The translations under genes were made by a program, and so were the position numbers. A DNA stretch of 64,000 bases from positions 5,580,001 to 5,644,000 of the forward strand of contig OZ024753.1 of NCBI GenBank assembly GCA_964016885.1, read 5' to 3'. Positions 1 through 13,382 of this stretch are shown here, piece by piece. The notes beneath the pieces are model-generated. The model was not told the origin of the DNA and did no database searches. It worked only from the letters and a program-made list of their open reading frames with translations. Each line of letters begins with the position of its first letter. The first letter of the stretch is position 1. Source of the DNA: Eledone cirrhosa (taxonomy: Eukaryota).

Positions 1-134
1 ACAACCCCTAGAGGCGAACAAGCTTACAGATTTAAAAGGGTCCTAGACAAGCTCAAATTAAATATTAAAATAGTTGAAAGATCCAGGTGTACCGATAAAA
101 AACTATAATTAGTAAAACATACCCATTTTAGCTT

Positions 135-840
135 CGTCATCATCACCACCAGCACCAGCATCATCATCATCACCACCGGTACCGGCACCAGCACCAGCAC
201 CAGCACCAGCACCAGCACCAGCACCAGCACCAGCACCAGCACCACCACTATGACCCCTCCCTCACACCGCCAACACACCACACTATCAAACCCACCACCA
301 CCACCACTGCCACCACCACTGCCACCACCACTGCCACCACCACCACCACCACCGCCACCACCACCACCACTGCCACCACCACCGCCACCACCGCCTCCAC
401 CACTGCCACCACCACCGCCACCACCGCCTCCACCACTGCCACCACTACTGCCACCACCACTGCCACCACCACCACCACCATTGCCACCACCACCACCACC
501 ACCACCACCACCACCACCACCACCACCACTGTTACCACCACCACCACCACCACCACCACCACCACCACCACTGCCACCACCACCGCCACCACCGCCTCCA
601 CCACTGCCACCACTACTGCCACCACCACCACCACCACCACCACCACCACCACCACCACCACCACCACCACCACCACCACCACCACCACCACCACCACTGT
701 TACCACCACCACCACCACCACCACCACCACCACCACCACTGCCACCACTACCGCCACCACCGCCGCCTCCACCGCCTCCACCACCACCACCACCACCACC
801 ACCACCACCACCACCACCACCACCACCACCGCCACCACCA
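135..840. repeat. (CCA)n/(CCAGCA)n simple-repeat array with internal block duplications
   Basis: Near-pure CCA triplets with interspersed CTG/CCG; the poly-Pro and poly-Val ORFs are translation artefacts. Confidence 0.95.
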
Positions 841-1038
841 GTATTAACAGTAGTTCAATAAATATGTATGGAATTATTATCACATAGATTGACCTTTTCG
901 TTGATCGTTACAAGAAGCAACGTGTGATGATAATAGTGTAACATATCTTGGCTGAAAAGGATTGGCCTTCTTCAATACATAATGTCTCTTCGATCTCGAT
1001 AATTGATCGGTCGCTGTGCATTGCTAGTTTTCAGTGAG

Positions 1039-2102
<1,064 letters not shown>

Positions 2103-2560
2103 ATCATTCCTGTTTGTCTGTTTCCAAAGCTTGCATCGTTCTTGTTCTTGTAACACTCCTTTGCTAAATCACTCGATATTATTTGTAAAGGTCAAAAGAT
2201 TGTCTTGGGAATAACAGATATCACGCAACTAACTATTCATTGGAAATCGAAATTCTTCGAACCAGTGAAAAAGTCCGCCTTTATTGGCATGTCTTATTTA
2301 TTAGAATATTTTAATAAAGCGTATAAGGGTTACAGATTACCAAGTCAAGCGTAGCACCAAGACATTTTAAATATTGGAATGAATATTTCATGATAAGAGA
2401 AAGAAGACACATCGAAGAGAAATACCATCACCACTAGAATGTATCCGACAAAAGATCTCGGCGTATAACACCCGGTTATGATAACGCCTCACGTTCGAGC
2501 TTATGGTTTACCTCCATTCTACTTACTGAATGAGCTAATGTGAATATCACACCTCACTTG

Positions 2561-2639
<79 letters not shown>

Positions 2640-2682
2640 ATATATAATGTATGTATATTTTTAGATATCTATATATATATAC

Positions 2683-2720
<38 letters not shown>

Positions 2721-3211
2721 AATAAGTATGTATCGACCAGTAATTTCTGAGGGAGCATATGCACACACATATACATATACGCGTCAGTATATGGAAAAGA
2801 ATTCTAGTCATATATACTACATAAAGTGTGTTTATATGTACTTTCCAAATGACTCCTACAGTTCTAATAAACAAGCACCTGTACGAGAACAACATCACAC
2901 AATCTCACAATAAATAAATCAATAATTAAATACATAAATTGGAATTCAATAAACGCCATCTTTGATAAACTGGTACCGAGCGAAATAGTTTGTACCTATC
3001 TAACGCACTCCACCCGGGGATGTGGTATCAATTTAAACATGTGAGATAACAGGTGGAAACAGGTAGATAGCTTGAATGGCAGCATGTTTATATCATTGGA
3101 GAACATTCTAAACGTTTTCTGAATGTTTTCCTCTTGAGGAGCTTTCTCATTCTTGACATAAAAATATATATATATTAAAAAAAACATAATGAAAACATAA
3201 AAGAAACAACA

Positions 3212-3283
3212 GGGGGATACCCAGGTTCGAACTGTGTATATTTTAATATGCAGTCGAAAGCCCTACCACTGAGCTGTATCCCC
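3212..3283 (-). pseudogene. tRNA-Cys(GCA) pseudogene
   Basis: Reverse complement GGGGATACAGCTCAGTGGTAGGGCTTTCGACTGCATATTAAAATATACACAGTTCGAACCTGGGTATCCCCC; anticodon and T stems are broken. Confidence 0.85.
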
Positions 3284-3367
3284 AATCTACCAGCGTTTTC
3301 TGCTTTAGATTACTTTATTTTAATTAGTGTGAGAAAAATATTTAAGAAAAAAAAAAAAAAAAAAAGA

Positions 3368-3439
3368 AGGGGACACCCGGGTTCGAACCAGGGACCTCTC
3401 GATCTGCAGTCGAATGCTCTACCACTGAGCTATATCCCC
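3368..3439 (-). tRNA. tRNA-Cys(GCA), intact
   Basis: GGGGATA TA GCTC AGTGGTA GAGC A TTCGA CTGCAGA TCGAG AGGTC CCTGG TTCGAAC CCGGG TGTCCCC T; full cloverleaf, U73 discriminator, oligo-T Pol III terminator downstream. Confidence 0.96.
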
Positions 3440-3619
3440 AATCTGGTAAATGCTCTTATTTTTACTTATTTGATTATAACATATGTTCGCAGTAATCTTG
3501 TCAATAGTTGTCATTAATGGTTTTGTTTATGTTTTTCTCACACTGACTAAATGTTGAGTAACAGGTTGTTGACGATTTCTTTTGTACCATGTAGAACATA
3601 TACGTACATACATAGGTAG

Positions 3620-3758
<139 letters not shown>

Positions 3759-3828
3759 AATACATACATACATACATACATACATACATACATACATACA
3801 TACATACATACATACATACATACATACA

Positions 3829-4792
3829 AGGTGATCGCTTCATCTTTGCAGATGATTTCCATCTCTCTCTGTATACCGTCAACACAATCACCTCCCACAA
3901 ACATCCGTTGATGATATCTTAGATGATCTTTAAATCCACCTGCAGATTTGCATGGTCTGCAGTAAATGTGACGGACAAACAATGTGACTTCTATTGGATT
4001 GATTTGGTCAGTTTATGGGATGTCATCCTTATGTACTCTCATATACCTTTTAAATACCAGAAATTGATTTGTAGATTTTTCTGCACACCACATATGTTGT
4101 CTCACCCAGTATTGGAGGGATAGCGCTGCATACAGTTGGTCTTTCATGTGATTTTATATGAGTAATGTTACCAGATTTAGAGAGCATTAGACGACCACAC
4201 ACTTCACATTTCCAGCTCCCAATGTTCTTATTAAGCTGTATACTTTGGCCTATTTGAAGCTGACGCTTAAGTCTTTCATGGTCGAGACGTCTTTCTTTAA
4301 ATATACTGTAGTATTTCTTCACATGTCCTCTCCCTTCAACCCTCTTTAAACTAACATTTCTCAGTTCTGAACTTCAAACTAGGTTTTTTATGCAGCCTTT
4401 ATATCTTTTTCTAGGTTTGTGCTGAAGGTGTTTCCTAGTGTGCAATTGGTTGTAAAATAGTTGTTTTGGTGAGTCTATCATCATTCATATGTACAACGTG
4501 ACCTTCCAAATGCATTTAGGAAGATATGATGGCAGATTTAATGCATGTACATCCAGCAGCTATAAGCATGTGTGTCAAGTAATTAAAGTGTTCAAGCAAC
4601 CTGAGGTGTCTACGATGTACTGTTCACGTTTCCGAGGAGTACAACAGAGCACTTAGTATGTAGGCTTTGCACATACTAATCTTGGTCTTGTTATTGATCC
4701 CATGATTCGCCTCCACTCCCTTTTTTGAGTTTCCCAAGGCTACAGAGGCCTTCTGAATGCGCAGGTGTAATTCCGCATCCAACGAACCATTC
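3829..4792 (-). mobile_element. 5'-truncated, decayed RTE-type LINE (post-RT region plus C-terminal C2H2-like fingers) with (TATG)n tail
   Basis: Minus-strand peptides NGSLDAELHLRIQKASVALG, TKISMCKAYILSALLYSSET, WKCEVCGRLMLSKSGNITHIKSH, YCRPCKSAGGFKDHLRYH; frameshifts and stops. Confidence 0.85.
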
Positions 4793-4834
4793 CTCGATCT
4801 GCAGTCAAATGTCCTACCACTGAACTATATCCCC
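4793..4834 (-). pseudogene. 5' half (first 42 nt) of a tRNA-Cys gene fused to the LINE
   Basis: GGGGATA TA GTTC AGTGGTA GGAC A TTTGA CTGCAGA TCGAG followed directly by LINE sequence. Confidence 0.88.
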
Positions 4835-4997
4835 AACACGACTCAGCTTGTTAATTGAGCTTTCTTAAAAAAAAACTTCTATAATCTCAGAAGTTATTTT
4901 CATTTTGTTGAAATAAAACACAGATAAAGAGGAGAGGAGGAGAGGAAGACAAGAAAAAAGTGGAAAGAAAACAAATTGAACAATATAAGCAAAAAGA

Positions 4998-5078
4998 AGA
5001 GGACACTCGGGTTTGAAGAGGGGGGGGGGGGCGGCTCTCGATCTGCAGTCGAATGCTTTACCACTGAGCTATATCCCC
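4998..5078 (-). pseudogene. tRNA-Cys(GCA) pseudogene with poly-C expansion in the variable/T arm
   Basis: 5' half nearly intact; a G-run at ~5020-5031 (plus strand) disrupts the T arm. Confidence 0.88.
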
Positions 5079-5156
5079 AATCGTGTCAGTGTTTTCTGTT
5101 TTTGATTATTTTATTTTAATTAGTGTGAAAAAAATATTTAAGAAAGAAAAAATAGT

Positions 5157-5228
5157 AGGGGACACCCGGGTTTGAACCGGGGGACCCTCGATCAGCAGTC
5201 GAATGCTCTACCACTGACCTATATCCCA
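5157..5228 (-). pseudogene. tRNA-Cys-derived gene with GCT (Ser) anticodon, probable pseudogene
   Basis: TGGGATA TA GGTC AGTGGTA GAGC A TTCGA CT GCT GA TCGAG GGTCC CCCGG TTCAAAC CCGGG TGTCCCC T; mismatches at 1:72 and in the D stem. Confidence 0.8.
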
Positions 5229-5557
5229 AACATGCTAAATACTCTTATTTTTACTTATCTAATTATAACATATGTTCTCAGTAATCTTGTCAATAGTTGT
5301 CATTAATGCTTTTGTTTATGTCTTTCTCACACTGACTAAATGTTGAGTAACAGGTTGTTGATTTCTTTTGTACCATGTAGAATATATACATACATACATA
5401 CACAGGTAGGTACATATATACATATATACATATATACATACATACACAGGTAGGTACATATATACATATATACATACATACTCAGGTAGGTACATATATA
5501 CATATATACATACACAAATACATACATATACGCACACATGCATACATACATACATAC

Positions 5558-6145
5558 ATGATGATTGCTACGTCTTCACAGACGATTGCCGTCTCTTATT
5601 GATTCTTCATTGTCATCCCATCACGCGTCCACGACTTCGTAGATGACTTTGTTGACCATCTGTAGATCTGCATGGTTTACGACACAGGTGACAAAAGTGA
5701 GTTATGCTTTCTACAGGCCCGGTGGGGGTCTCCCCGTGGGACACAATCTTTATGTACCACCATGGTTTTGTAGTCCGGATCTAGTTCTACACTCTTTGTT
5801 GCATATCACGCGCGTTGTTTCGCCAGGTCTTTGTTGAATTGTGTTGCAGGTGACTTCTGGTGATTAACATAACCAGCCTTTGAGAGGAGTACACGCTGAC
5901 ATAATCTGCATGTCTATCTACTGATGACTTCATCAAGACTGTGAGCACAACCCTTCTGGAGCTGACTCTTCAGTTGTTTATGTTCCAGACATCATTCCTC
6001 AAACGTTTTGCAGCTGCCCTTTATGCGCTTTCTCCACTCAGCCCTATTTAGAACTATCTCCTCTAAGTTGTCTATATCAAATGCCAGCTCTTTGAAGTTG
6101 TTCTTGTTGCTGACCTTGTACCTCATTTTCGGTTCGTTTTTTTTC
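5558..6145 (-). mobile_element. 3' end of a second, divergent RTE-type LINE between (TACA)n tracts
   Basis: PKMRYKVSNKNNFKELAFDIDNLEEIVLNRAEWRKRIKG motif; terminal FCHLCRKPCRSTDGQQSHLRS finger-like segment. Confidence 0.75.
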
Positions 6146-6294
6146 ATAATAATGTTAATGATAAAGAATAAATAATATTCATACATATATAAATACAAAC
6201 ATACATACATACATACATACATACATACATACATACATAAATACAGAAAAAGAAATTAATGAAAAATCAGAAACATATTGAAAAAATATATATA

Positions 6295-6360
6295 AGCAGC
6301 CGGGTTTGAACCGGAGATGTATTAACCTACAGTCGCATTCTTAACCATTGAGTGCTTCCA
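6295..6360 (-). pseudogene. highly degenerate tRNA remnant
   Basis: CTCAATGGTTAAGAATGCGACTGTAGG...CTCCGGTTCAAACCCGG retains A-box/B-box and T arm at tRNA spacing. Confidence 0.55.
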
Positions 6361-6436
6361 AAAACTGTTAAGGCATTTATTTTTGACACTAACAAAATAA
6401 GGAAAGAATCAGCAACATATTAAAAGAAAAAATAGT

Positions 6437-6509
6437 AGGGGACACCCAGGTTTGAACCTGGGGACCCCTCGATCAGCAGTCGAATCCTCTACCACTGAGC
6501 TATATCCCC
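6437..6509 (-). pseudogene. tRNA-Cys-derived gene with GCT (Ser) anticodon, probable pseudogene
   Basis: GGGGATA TA GCTC AGTGGTA GAGG A TTCGA CT GCT GA TCGAG GGGTCC CCAGG TTCAAAC CTGGG TGTCCCC T; one D-stem and one T-stem mismatch. Confidence 0.8.
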
Positions 6510-6580
6510 AACCTTGCCAGTATTTTCTGCTTTTGATTACTTTATTTTAATTAGTGTGAGAAAAATATTTAAAAAAAAAA

Positions 6581-6652
6581 AGGGGACACCCGGATTTGAA
6601 CCGGGGACCTCTCGATCTGCAGTCGAATGCTCTACCACTGAGCTATATCCCC
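6581..6652 (-). tRNA. tRNA-Cys(GCA), intact
   Basis: GGGGATA TA GCTC AGTGGTA GAGC A TTCGA CTGCAGA TCGAG AGGTC CCCGG TTCAAAT CCGGG TGTCCCC T; full cloverleaf and T10 terminator. Confidence 0.97.
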
Positions 6653-8174
6653 AATCTGCAAAATAACCTTATTTTAACTTATTTAACTAAAACAAACTTT
6701 TCTCAGTAACCATGTTAATGGTTGTCAATTAAATGACTATATATGAAATGTAGTTGACCAATCATCTGTAGTCTTTGTCTTTCTCACGCTGACACTATGT
6801 TGTAAAACTGTTGTTGACGATGTCTGTTGTTTGGTAGAGAAATACCTTCGTCCGATGCTGAGTATATCTATATCTATATCTATATATATATAAACGAAAA
6901 TGTCTGTCTGTATGCAGGCGATGCATTTCCAATGTTTCCATCCGATTTCGTTCAAATTTGATACCTAGGTTATTTATCTCCCAGAGCATGTCAACATATA
7001 GATTAAATCTTTCCCTTCCCTTAAAATAACTGAGTTCTGGGTCTATTTAAAGACCACCATGTTGAGGAGAGAGGAGTCTTTATTTACAGTGGCGAAAGGT
7101 TTGCCCAATAACGACAGGCTCTTTTGCTAGTACATTTATAAAAAGTAGTATATAAACCTGTACACACACATTCGTACATATATACAAATGTTCACATATG
7201 CATATATACATATATACACACACATTTTCACACATGCATATATATACATACATACATAATACACACATACATACATATATACACACATACATGCACACAC
7301 ATACATATATGCATACATACATACACCCACATGCATACATACATACATAATGGCTGCATCTCACTTTCGAGAGTCGCAGGTTTTACATCAGAGCTTTTCT
7401 TCTAGAATGATGTCCTAACAAGGACTAGGAGTTTCATCCTCCCGATGGGCTAAAGCATATACATATATGCATAAACATACATACGTACATAGATACATGC
7501 ATACATACATATATATATACATATATACGTACTTACATGCATGAGAAGGCACACACACGCACGCTCGCACACACACACACGCTCACACACAGAGGTTTGG
7601 AGTTATTTTCCCCCAAAATACTTGGGAGCTTTTTGTACGTTTTTTTCCCAACTAGAGACTTCTAACTGTTTGTAAGTTTATAACGGTTTCTCGATTTACT
7701 AGAAATAGTAGCCAAATCTTGCTCAAATCACTTCCTTGAATTTTGTTTAAGACGGGAGACCTAGGATACTCTGGTCTTGAATAATCTATATGAAAGAACG
7801 ATAGAAAGGTTACGTTTAGAATGCATCTGATAGTGTGTTTTAGATGAGGGGTGACTTCTGCTAAATAGCATGTATGCATATTAGACATTTCCAGCACCCA
7901 GTTACAACCAAGTAACTTCCGGAAAGGGGCGAATTAGATGAATTGTTAGAGCTTCGAACGAGATAGATTGCAGTATTTCTTACAGCTCTTTGTTTTTCGA
8001 GTTCTTCGTTGGTAAACTAATCAATCGTCCGGTTTAAATCTACTAGTTCGTCCCTCCTTGGTAGCGGAGTTCATTCTGCTCGCATTCGAGGAAACCTCCC
8101 TCCTTTCTTCTTATCAGTCTTGGAAACATTGAAAGATTAAACGGTCATGAGGATTGCGTCTCCTTCTTTATAGA

Positions 8175-8390
8175 TAATGGTTTCTGATTTAGGCACAAGG
8201 CCAACAATTTTGAAGGAGGTTAAAGTTGATTAAATCTAATCAGTATGTTACTCGTACTTCATTTTATTGACCCCGTAAGGATAAAAGACAGAGCTAACCT
8301 CGGTGGGATTTAAATTCAGAACATAAAGAGTCGTAACTATATGACGCAAAGCATGTTCACCGACGCTCTACCGATTATTACCTATCCATC
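8175..8390 (-). mobile_element. tRNA-derived SINE, family A (core ctgagttcaaatcccgccgaggtcaactttgcctttcatccttacggggtcgataaaataaagtaccagt)
   Basis: Matches more than 15 other copies in the window; B-box-like GAGTTCAAAT. Confidence 0.85.
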
Positions 8391-9225
8391 GAATATAGAA
8401 AATATAAAAATACAATGAAGTTCTAGACACATTATGTCTAAAAACAAAAGACGAGTTGGTCACAACTGGAACATTTTTGACCATAGTTCTGCTCAATCAT
8501 GGTTGACGTGCGACTAAACCACCACCACCACAACAACAACAACAAGAGCAACAACAACAGCATTAATAATCAATTAATCAATGAGTCATTTAATAGAAGT
8601 TGCCAACATTTCCCATACAAATGAGAAACCAGAGAGAAAATGATTTTAATTTGGCATCTGTGAGTTTTCATTAAAACTTATTATGTTTAATAAAACTTGG
8701 TGGTTTTACAGACGTGCTTTCATTGATTAACTGCCAACAACCGAACACCATTCCCACAATGCATTTGTATTTCCCGTTTACATATATATATTTTCAACAC
8801 AATGTACAATTTTTCCTCCCTTCTTTCTGAAGCTGCCCACACTGTCGCTGTCTTTTACTTTTACTTCTCTTTCTCCTCCCTCCGACTCTCCTCTTCCACC
8901 TCTGAAAACCACCACCACCACCACCATACATACGTACATACAAACATACGTCCATACATACGTACATACGTACATACATACATACAAACATACGTACATA
9001 CATACATACGTACATACGTACATACATACATACATACATGCATACATACATACATACATACATACAAACACACGTACATACATACCTACGTAAATACGTA
9101 CATACATACGTACATACATATGTACATACGTACATACGTACGTACATACGTACATACGTACATACGTACATACAAACGTACATACGTACATACATACATA
9201 CTATTGTTTTCTCTATTGCTGCTGC

Positions 9226-9258
<33 letters not shown>

Positions 9259-9467
9259 CATTACAGCTACCTTTTGTATATCTAGGTCTACATTATCTAA
9301 CATGTTCTTCCATTAAGCTAGAGGGGGTGGTGGCGATTGAAGGAGTTTAACTGCTTTTTCTAGCAAGATGAACGACTTTTTAGAGGCATATTTATGTTGT
9401 TGTTATTATTGTTATTGCTGTGGTTGATAATGTTATTGTTGCTATTATCGTTTTTGCTGTTGTTGCA

Positions 9468-9620
9468 GTTTAACCACAGGTCAGTCCAGATTGAACAGAC
9501 CTTTCATGAAAAAGTTGTTCTTTGATCATTCCGTCTACATGATTTATCCAATGTATCCGTTTATTTCCCAAGGCAGTAAGGTATGATTTTTCAGGGAAAT
9601 TTAGCCACGACTCATTTCTG
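9468..9620. repeat. dispersed repeat fragment (related copies at ~8455-8520 inverted and ~15548-15620)
   Basis: Shared ggtcag..ctgat.gagcagac..atgatcaaag...tgaccatcccg-like motif. Confidence 0.55.
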
Positions 9621-9715
9621 ATTCTGCTGTTCATAAATGGTATTGTTATTGTTGTTGTTGTTGTTGTTGTTGGTGGTGGTGGGGTGGTGGTGATGACTGT
9701 GATGATGATGATGAC

Positions 9716-9746
<31 letters not shown>

Positions 9747-10609
9747 TTGATGATGGCATTTTTGGTTGTAACAATCGTAATGGTAACGATGATGAGAATG
9801 ATAATGCTGACTAAGTTTAAATTAAATATGGCGGTATATATATATTTCATGCTTTCCGCCATTCTCATTAATTTCGAATTTGATGGTTTGGTTTGTTTTC
9901 GTCTGTAAAAGGACACAAACAAACAAACAAATATACAAACAAACAGGTACCCCCCCCCCCCCCCCAAAAAAAACTCCCCCAACATAAAAATAAAATAAAA
10001 AGCTAAAGAATATATAAATGTAAAAGAGATGACATTCCCTCGCCCTACCTTGCTCTACCCACCGACAAAATAGATGTTTCGTGATTCCAATAGCCTTCAC
10101 TGTTCTTACATCATTTGCCAAAGTCAATTTTCCAATTTTATTTCTTGGAAACCATTATTTTTCTAGTTAGTAAATTTTATGGTTTATTCTTTTTTTTTTC
10201 CCCAGTCAAATTTTGTTGCCATTACTAAATCGAGAAAAAAAAACCCCAGAACAAAACAAGACAAGACAAAACAAAACAAAACAACATCAACAACACACAC
10301 GTGATGGAGTTGAAGTCGTTCGTGCAGAATTTTAAAACAACTGTTATTGTCTGTGGTGTAAAACCAATCAGACTCAGGTTGGTTTTTATCTATGACGTAG
10401 TTTGTATAGAATCACAAGTAAATATTTAGTATTTTATTTACAAAAAAAACCCATACAAAACCAATAAAATTATTAAACCACACAAAAGAAATAGAATGTC
10501 AGTCATTTTTTTTTTGTTTCTGTAGAAAAAAAAGAAAAATCCCCAACCAAATTAAAATGAAAAATAAAAACGAAACACAAAACAGTCTGCAAATGTTGAA
10601 TATGTTTTA

Positions 10610-11156
10610 TATGTATATGTGTATGTATATATGTATATGTATATATATGTGTATTTATATGTGTATTTATATATGTGTATATATGTGTATGTATATATGT
10701 GTATGTATATATATGTGTACATATATATTTGTATTTATATATGTGTATGTATATATGTGTATGTATATATATGTGTATTTATATATGTGTATTTATATAT
10801 GTGTATGTATATATGTGTATGTATATATGTGTATGTTTATATATGTGTATGTATATATGTGTATGTATATATGTGTATGTATATATGTGTATCTATATAT
10901 ATGTGTATGTATATATGTGTATTTATATATGTGTATGTATATATGTGTATGAATATATATGTGTATGTATATATGTGTATTTATATATGTGCATGTATAT
11001 ATGTGTATGTATATATGTGTATGTATATATGTGTATGCATATATATGTGTTCATATATATGTGTATGTATATATGTGTATGTATATATGTGTATGTATAT
11101 ATGTGTATGTATATATATGTATGTATATATGTGTATGTATATACGTGTATGTATGT
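10610..11156. repeat. degenerate ~14-bp (ATATATGTGTATGT) minisatellite
   Basis: Direct inspection. Confidence 0.9.
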
Positions 11157-11157
11157 A

Positions 11158-11339
11158 CAGGAAAAATTCCGTTAGAACGAATACCATTATAATGAATTTT
11201 TCAGTATAACAACATTTTTTCAATCCCCGATGTAATAACGAACAAACGCTCGATTTCTTTCGGTCGATCTCGTTATAAAGAATTTTTCGTTACAACGAAT
11301 TTTTTTATACCCCGTTAATTTTGTTATAACTGAATTTTA

Positions 11340-11342
<3 letters not shown>
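11158..11342. mobile_element. Tc1/mariner-pogo(Tigger)-type MITE
   Basis: TA|CAGGAAAAATTCCGTTAGAACGAA ... TTGTTATAACTGAATTTTACTG imperfect TIRs, internal gttataacg-like sub-repeats, inserted in a TA-rich tract. Confidence 0.7.
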
Positions 11343-11434
<92 letters not shown>

Positions 11435-11436
11435 AA

Positions 11437-11552
11437 TGGTTTCTGAATTAGGCACAAGGCAACAATTTTGGTGGGAGTGGAAAGCCGATTAAATCGACCC
11501 CAATGCAATACTCATATTTTATTTTATCGACCCTGTAAGGATAAAAGGTAAA

Positions 11553-11553
<1 letters not shown>
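11437..11553 (-). mobile_element. SINE family A, 5'-truncated
   Basis: ttaggcacaaggc...ttttatcgaccctgtaaggataaaaggtaaag. Confidence 0.8.
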
Positions 11554-11604
<51 letters not shown>

Positions 11605-11695
11605 CGAAGGAAATGTGGTAAGGAACCAGATGGACCATAACGCACCAAAGTACTCAATACTTAGGGTAGTAGAGTGGGTAATAGGAACGAGTAGG

Positions 11696-11791
11696 ACCCC
11701 GACGGCTGAGCTCAAGCCCTTTCGACGGCTAATTCTGGACTAAATGAACATTTTTATCCTGGTATATGAATAGCCGAGCTTCTCAGGGGGT
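11696..11791 (-). ncRNA. degenerate type-I hammerhead ribozyme motif
   Basis: ACCCC CTGAGAA [GCTCGGCTA..TAGCCGTC] GAAA GGGCTTGAGCTCAGCCG TC GGGGT: 5-bp stem I, 6-bp stem II block, near-palindromic stem III, GUC triplet; core G8 is mutated. Confidence 0.65.
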
Positions 11792-11836
11792 AATTCCATA
11801 TATGGTAAAAGTGATTGTCACAAGGATTGGTCAAAA

Positions 11837-11880
<44 letters not shown>

Positions 11881-11884
<4 letters not shown>

Positions 11885-12102
11885 GTAATCTGAGTTAATA
11901 ATTAATAATCATATTCGATTCGTTTGAAATTATGCAAACGAGCCTCATTTTTAAAGCCATGTCAGTAGAATGACCCCCCCCCCATTCTTGATCTTGTGTT
12001 GGCATATAAACAGAACTGTCTACATGCCAACGAATCGAATATTATTATTAATATTCGAAAAACTCAGATTACATTTATTGTATTCAGCCATGTAGAGCGA
12101 AA

Positions 12103-12105
<3 letters not shown>
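11881..12105. mobile_element. MITE-like element with ~45-bp imperfect TIRs (inverted copy at 53480-53645, fragment at ~30400-30465)
   Basis: aaatgtaatctgag..attcgattcgttt / aacgaatcgaat..ctcagattacattt. Confidence 0.7.
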
Positions 12106-12201
<96 letters not shown>

Positions 12202-12555
12202 TTAGATGGATTAATTTTAAACATTGACGACACATAACCTATAGATTTTGACTGGAGAAATCACTGCATTGAGATAATGAATGTATGTAGACATCTCATA
12301 ATTGTTCGTTAGATAGTAACACCATGACAATGCTGACTAGACAGCTTGCTTTTAAACGATGACTTAACTAGAAAGGGTCTCTTTACTAGATTGATTCGTT
12401 GTGTAGAGCTTTAAATGGTTTGAAGATGTTTTATTGTCTACTGTGTGCCGACGACTTTGAATACTAAGATATAGCCTACAGATGTCGAGTTGAGAGAGAG
12501 AGATGGAGAGAGAGAGAGAGGGAGAGTGAGTGAGAGAGAGAGAGAGAGAGAGAGA

Positions 12556-12810
12556 TGCGTCTTATCAATTAGGTCTAAATATGTCTTACCTACATTAGTC
12601 TTTACATTAAGTGAGAATGGAGGATAGAACCAGGTTATTTTTCTTTTCCTATTTCTATTCCTAGGTGGGTATCTATTAGGCATATATTTGATTCCTTCTC
12701 TGAATCCCCTATTTCGGAGAGTGTTGTTGTAGTATGGCGCTGCCTTCTCAAATATTTCTCTACTAGATGATAAGATCGAGATTCTACGGTTAATGCTAGA
12801 CACCAGATTT
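12556..12810 (-). mobile_element. Penelope-like retroelement fragment (RT thumb/linker region)
   Basis: SINRRISILSSSREIFEKAAPYYNNTLRNRGF...RKRKITWFYPPFSLNVKTNVGKTYLDLIDK, the typical PLE WFNPP motif. Confidence 0.85.
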
Positions 12811-12862
12811 TTAAATATATTACATTTATATATATTTATATGCGTGTATTAGTGTGTGTTAG

Positions 12863-12940
<78 letters not shown>

Positions 12941-13382
12941 TGTGTGTGTGTGTGTAAGATTACGTATGACGTGAATGTATCACCTTTTCCTTCTCTCTTT
13001 CAGTGTGTGTTGGTAGTTGTCTGTGTGTATTTCTGCAACGTGTGTGTTTGCTGTATGTTATAATATATATTTGTGTTAAAGTTTTTGTGTTATTCGTGGG
13101 ATCTTGTTTGCTTCCTTATAACATGGATGTAATATGTGTATCTGTATGTGCATATGTGTGTGTATGTGCAAGTGTGTGTGTGCATGTATGTGTGTGTGGG
13201 GAGGGGGGGGGGGGGAGAGGGGTTGTAGGTGAAATTATGGAAATAATAAATATCACCAAGACATTTAAATCCTATTCTAAGAGTAGAAATATGTAGCATT
13301 ATGTGACCGAGACACAACAACCACCACTCGCTGCACCAACAACAGCAACACCAACAACAAAACCACTACCACCACCACCAAC

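Noticed and set aside
1-60. FKRVLDKL, resembling a CR1 LINE C-terminus
   Set aside because: Too short and cut by the window edge
250-861. 203-aa poly-proline ORF (formin/extensin-like)
   Set aside because: Near-pure CCA microsatellite with no domain context or splice evidence
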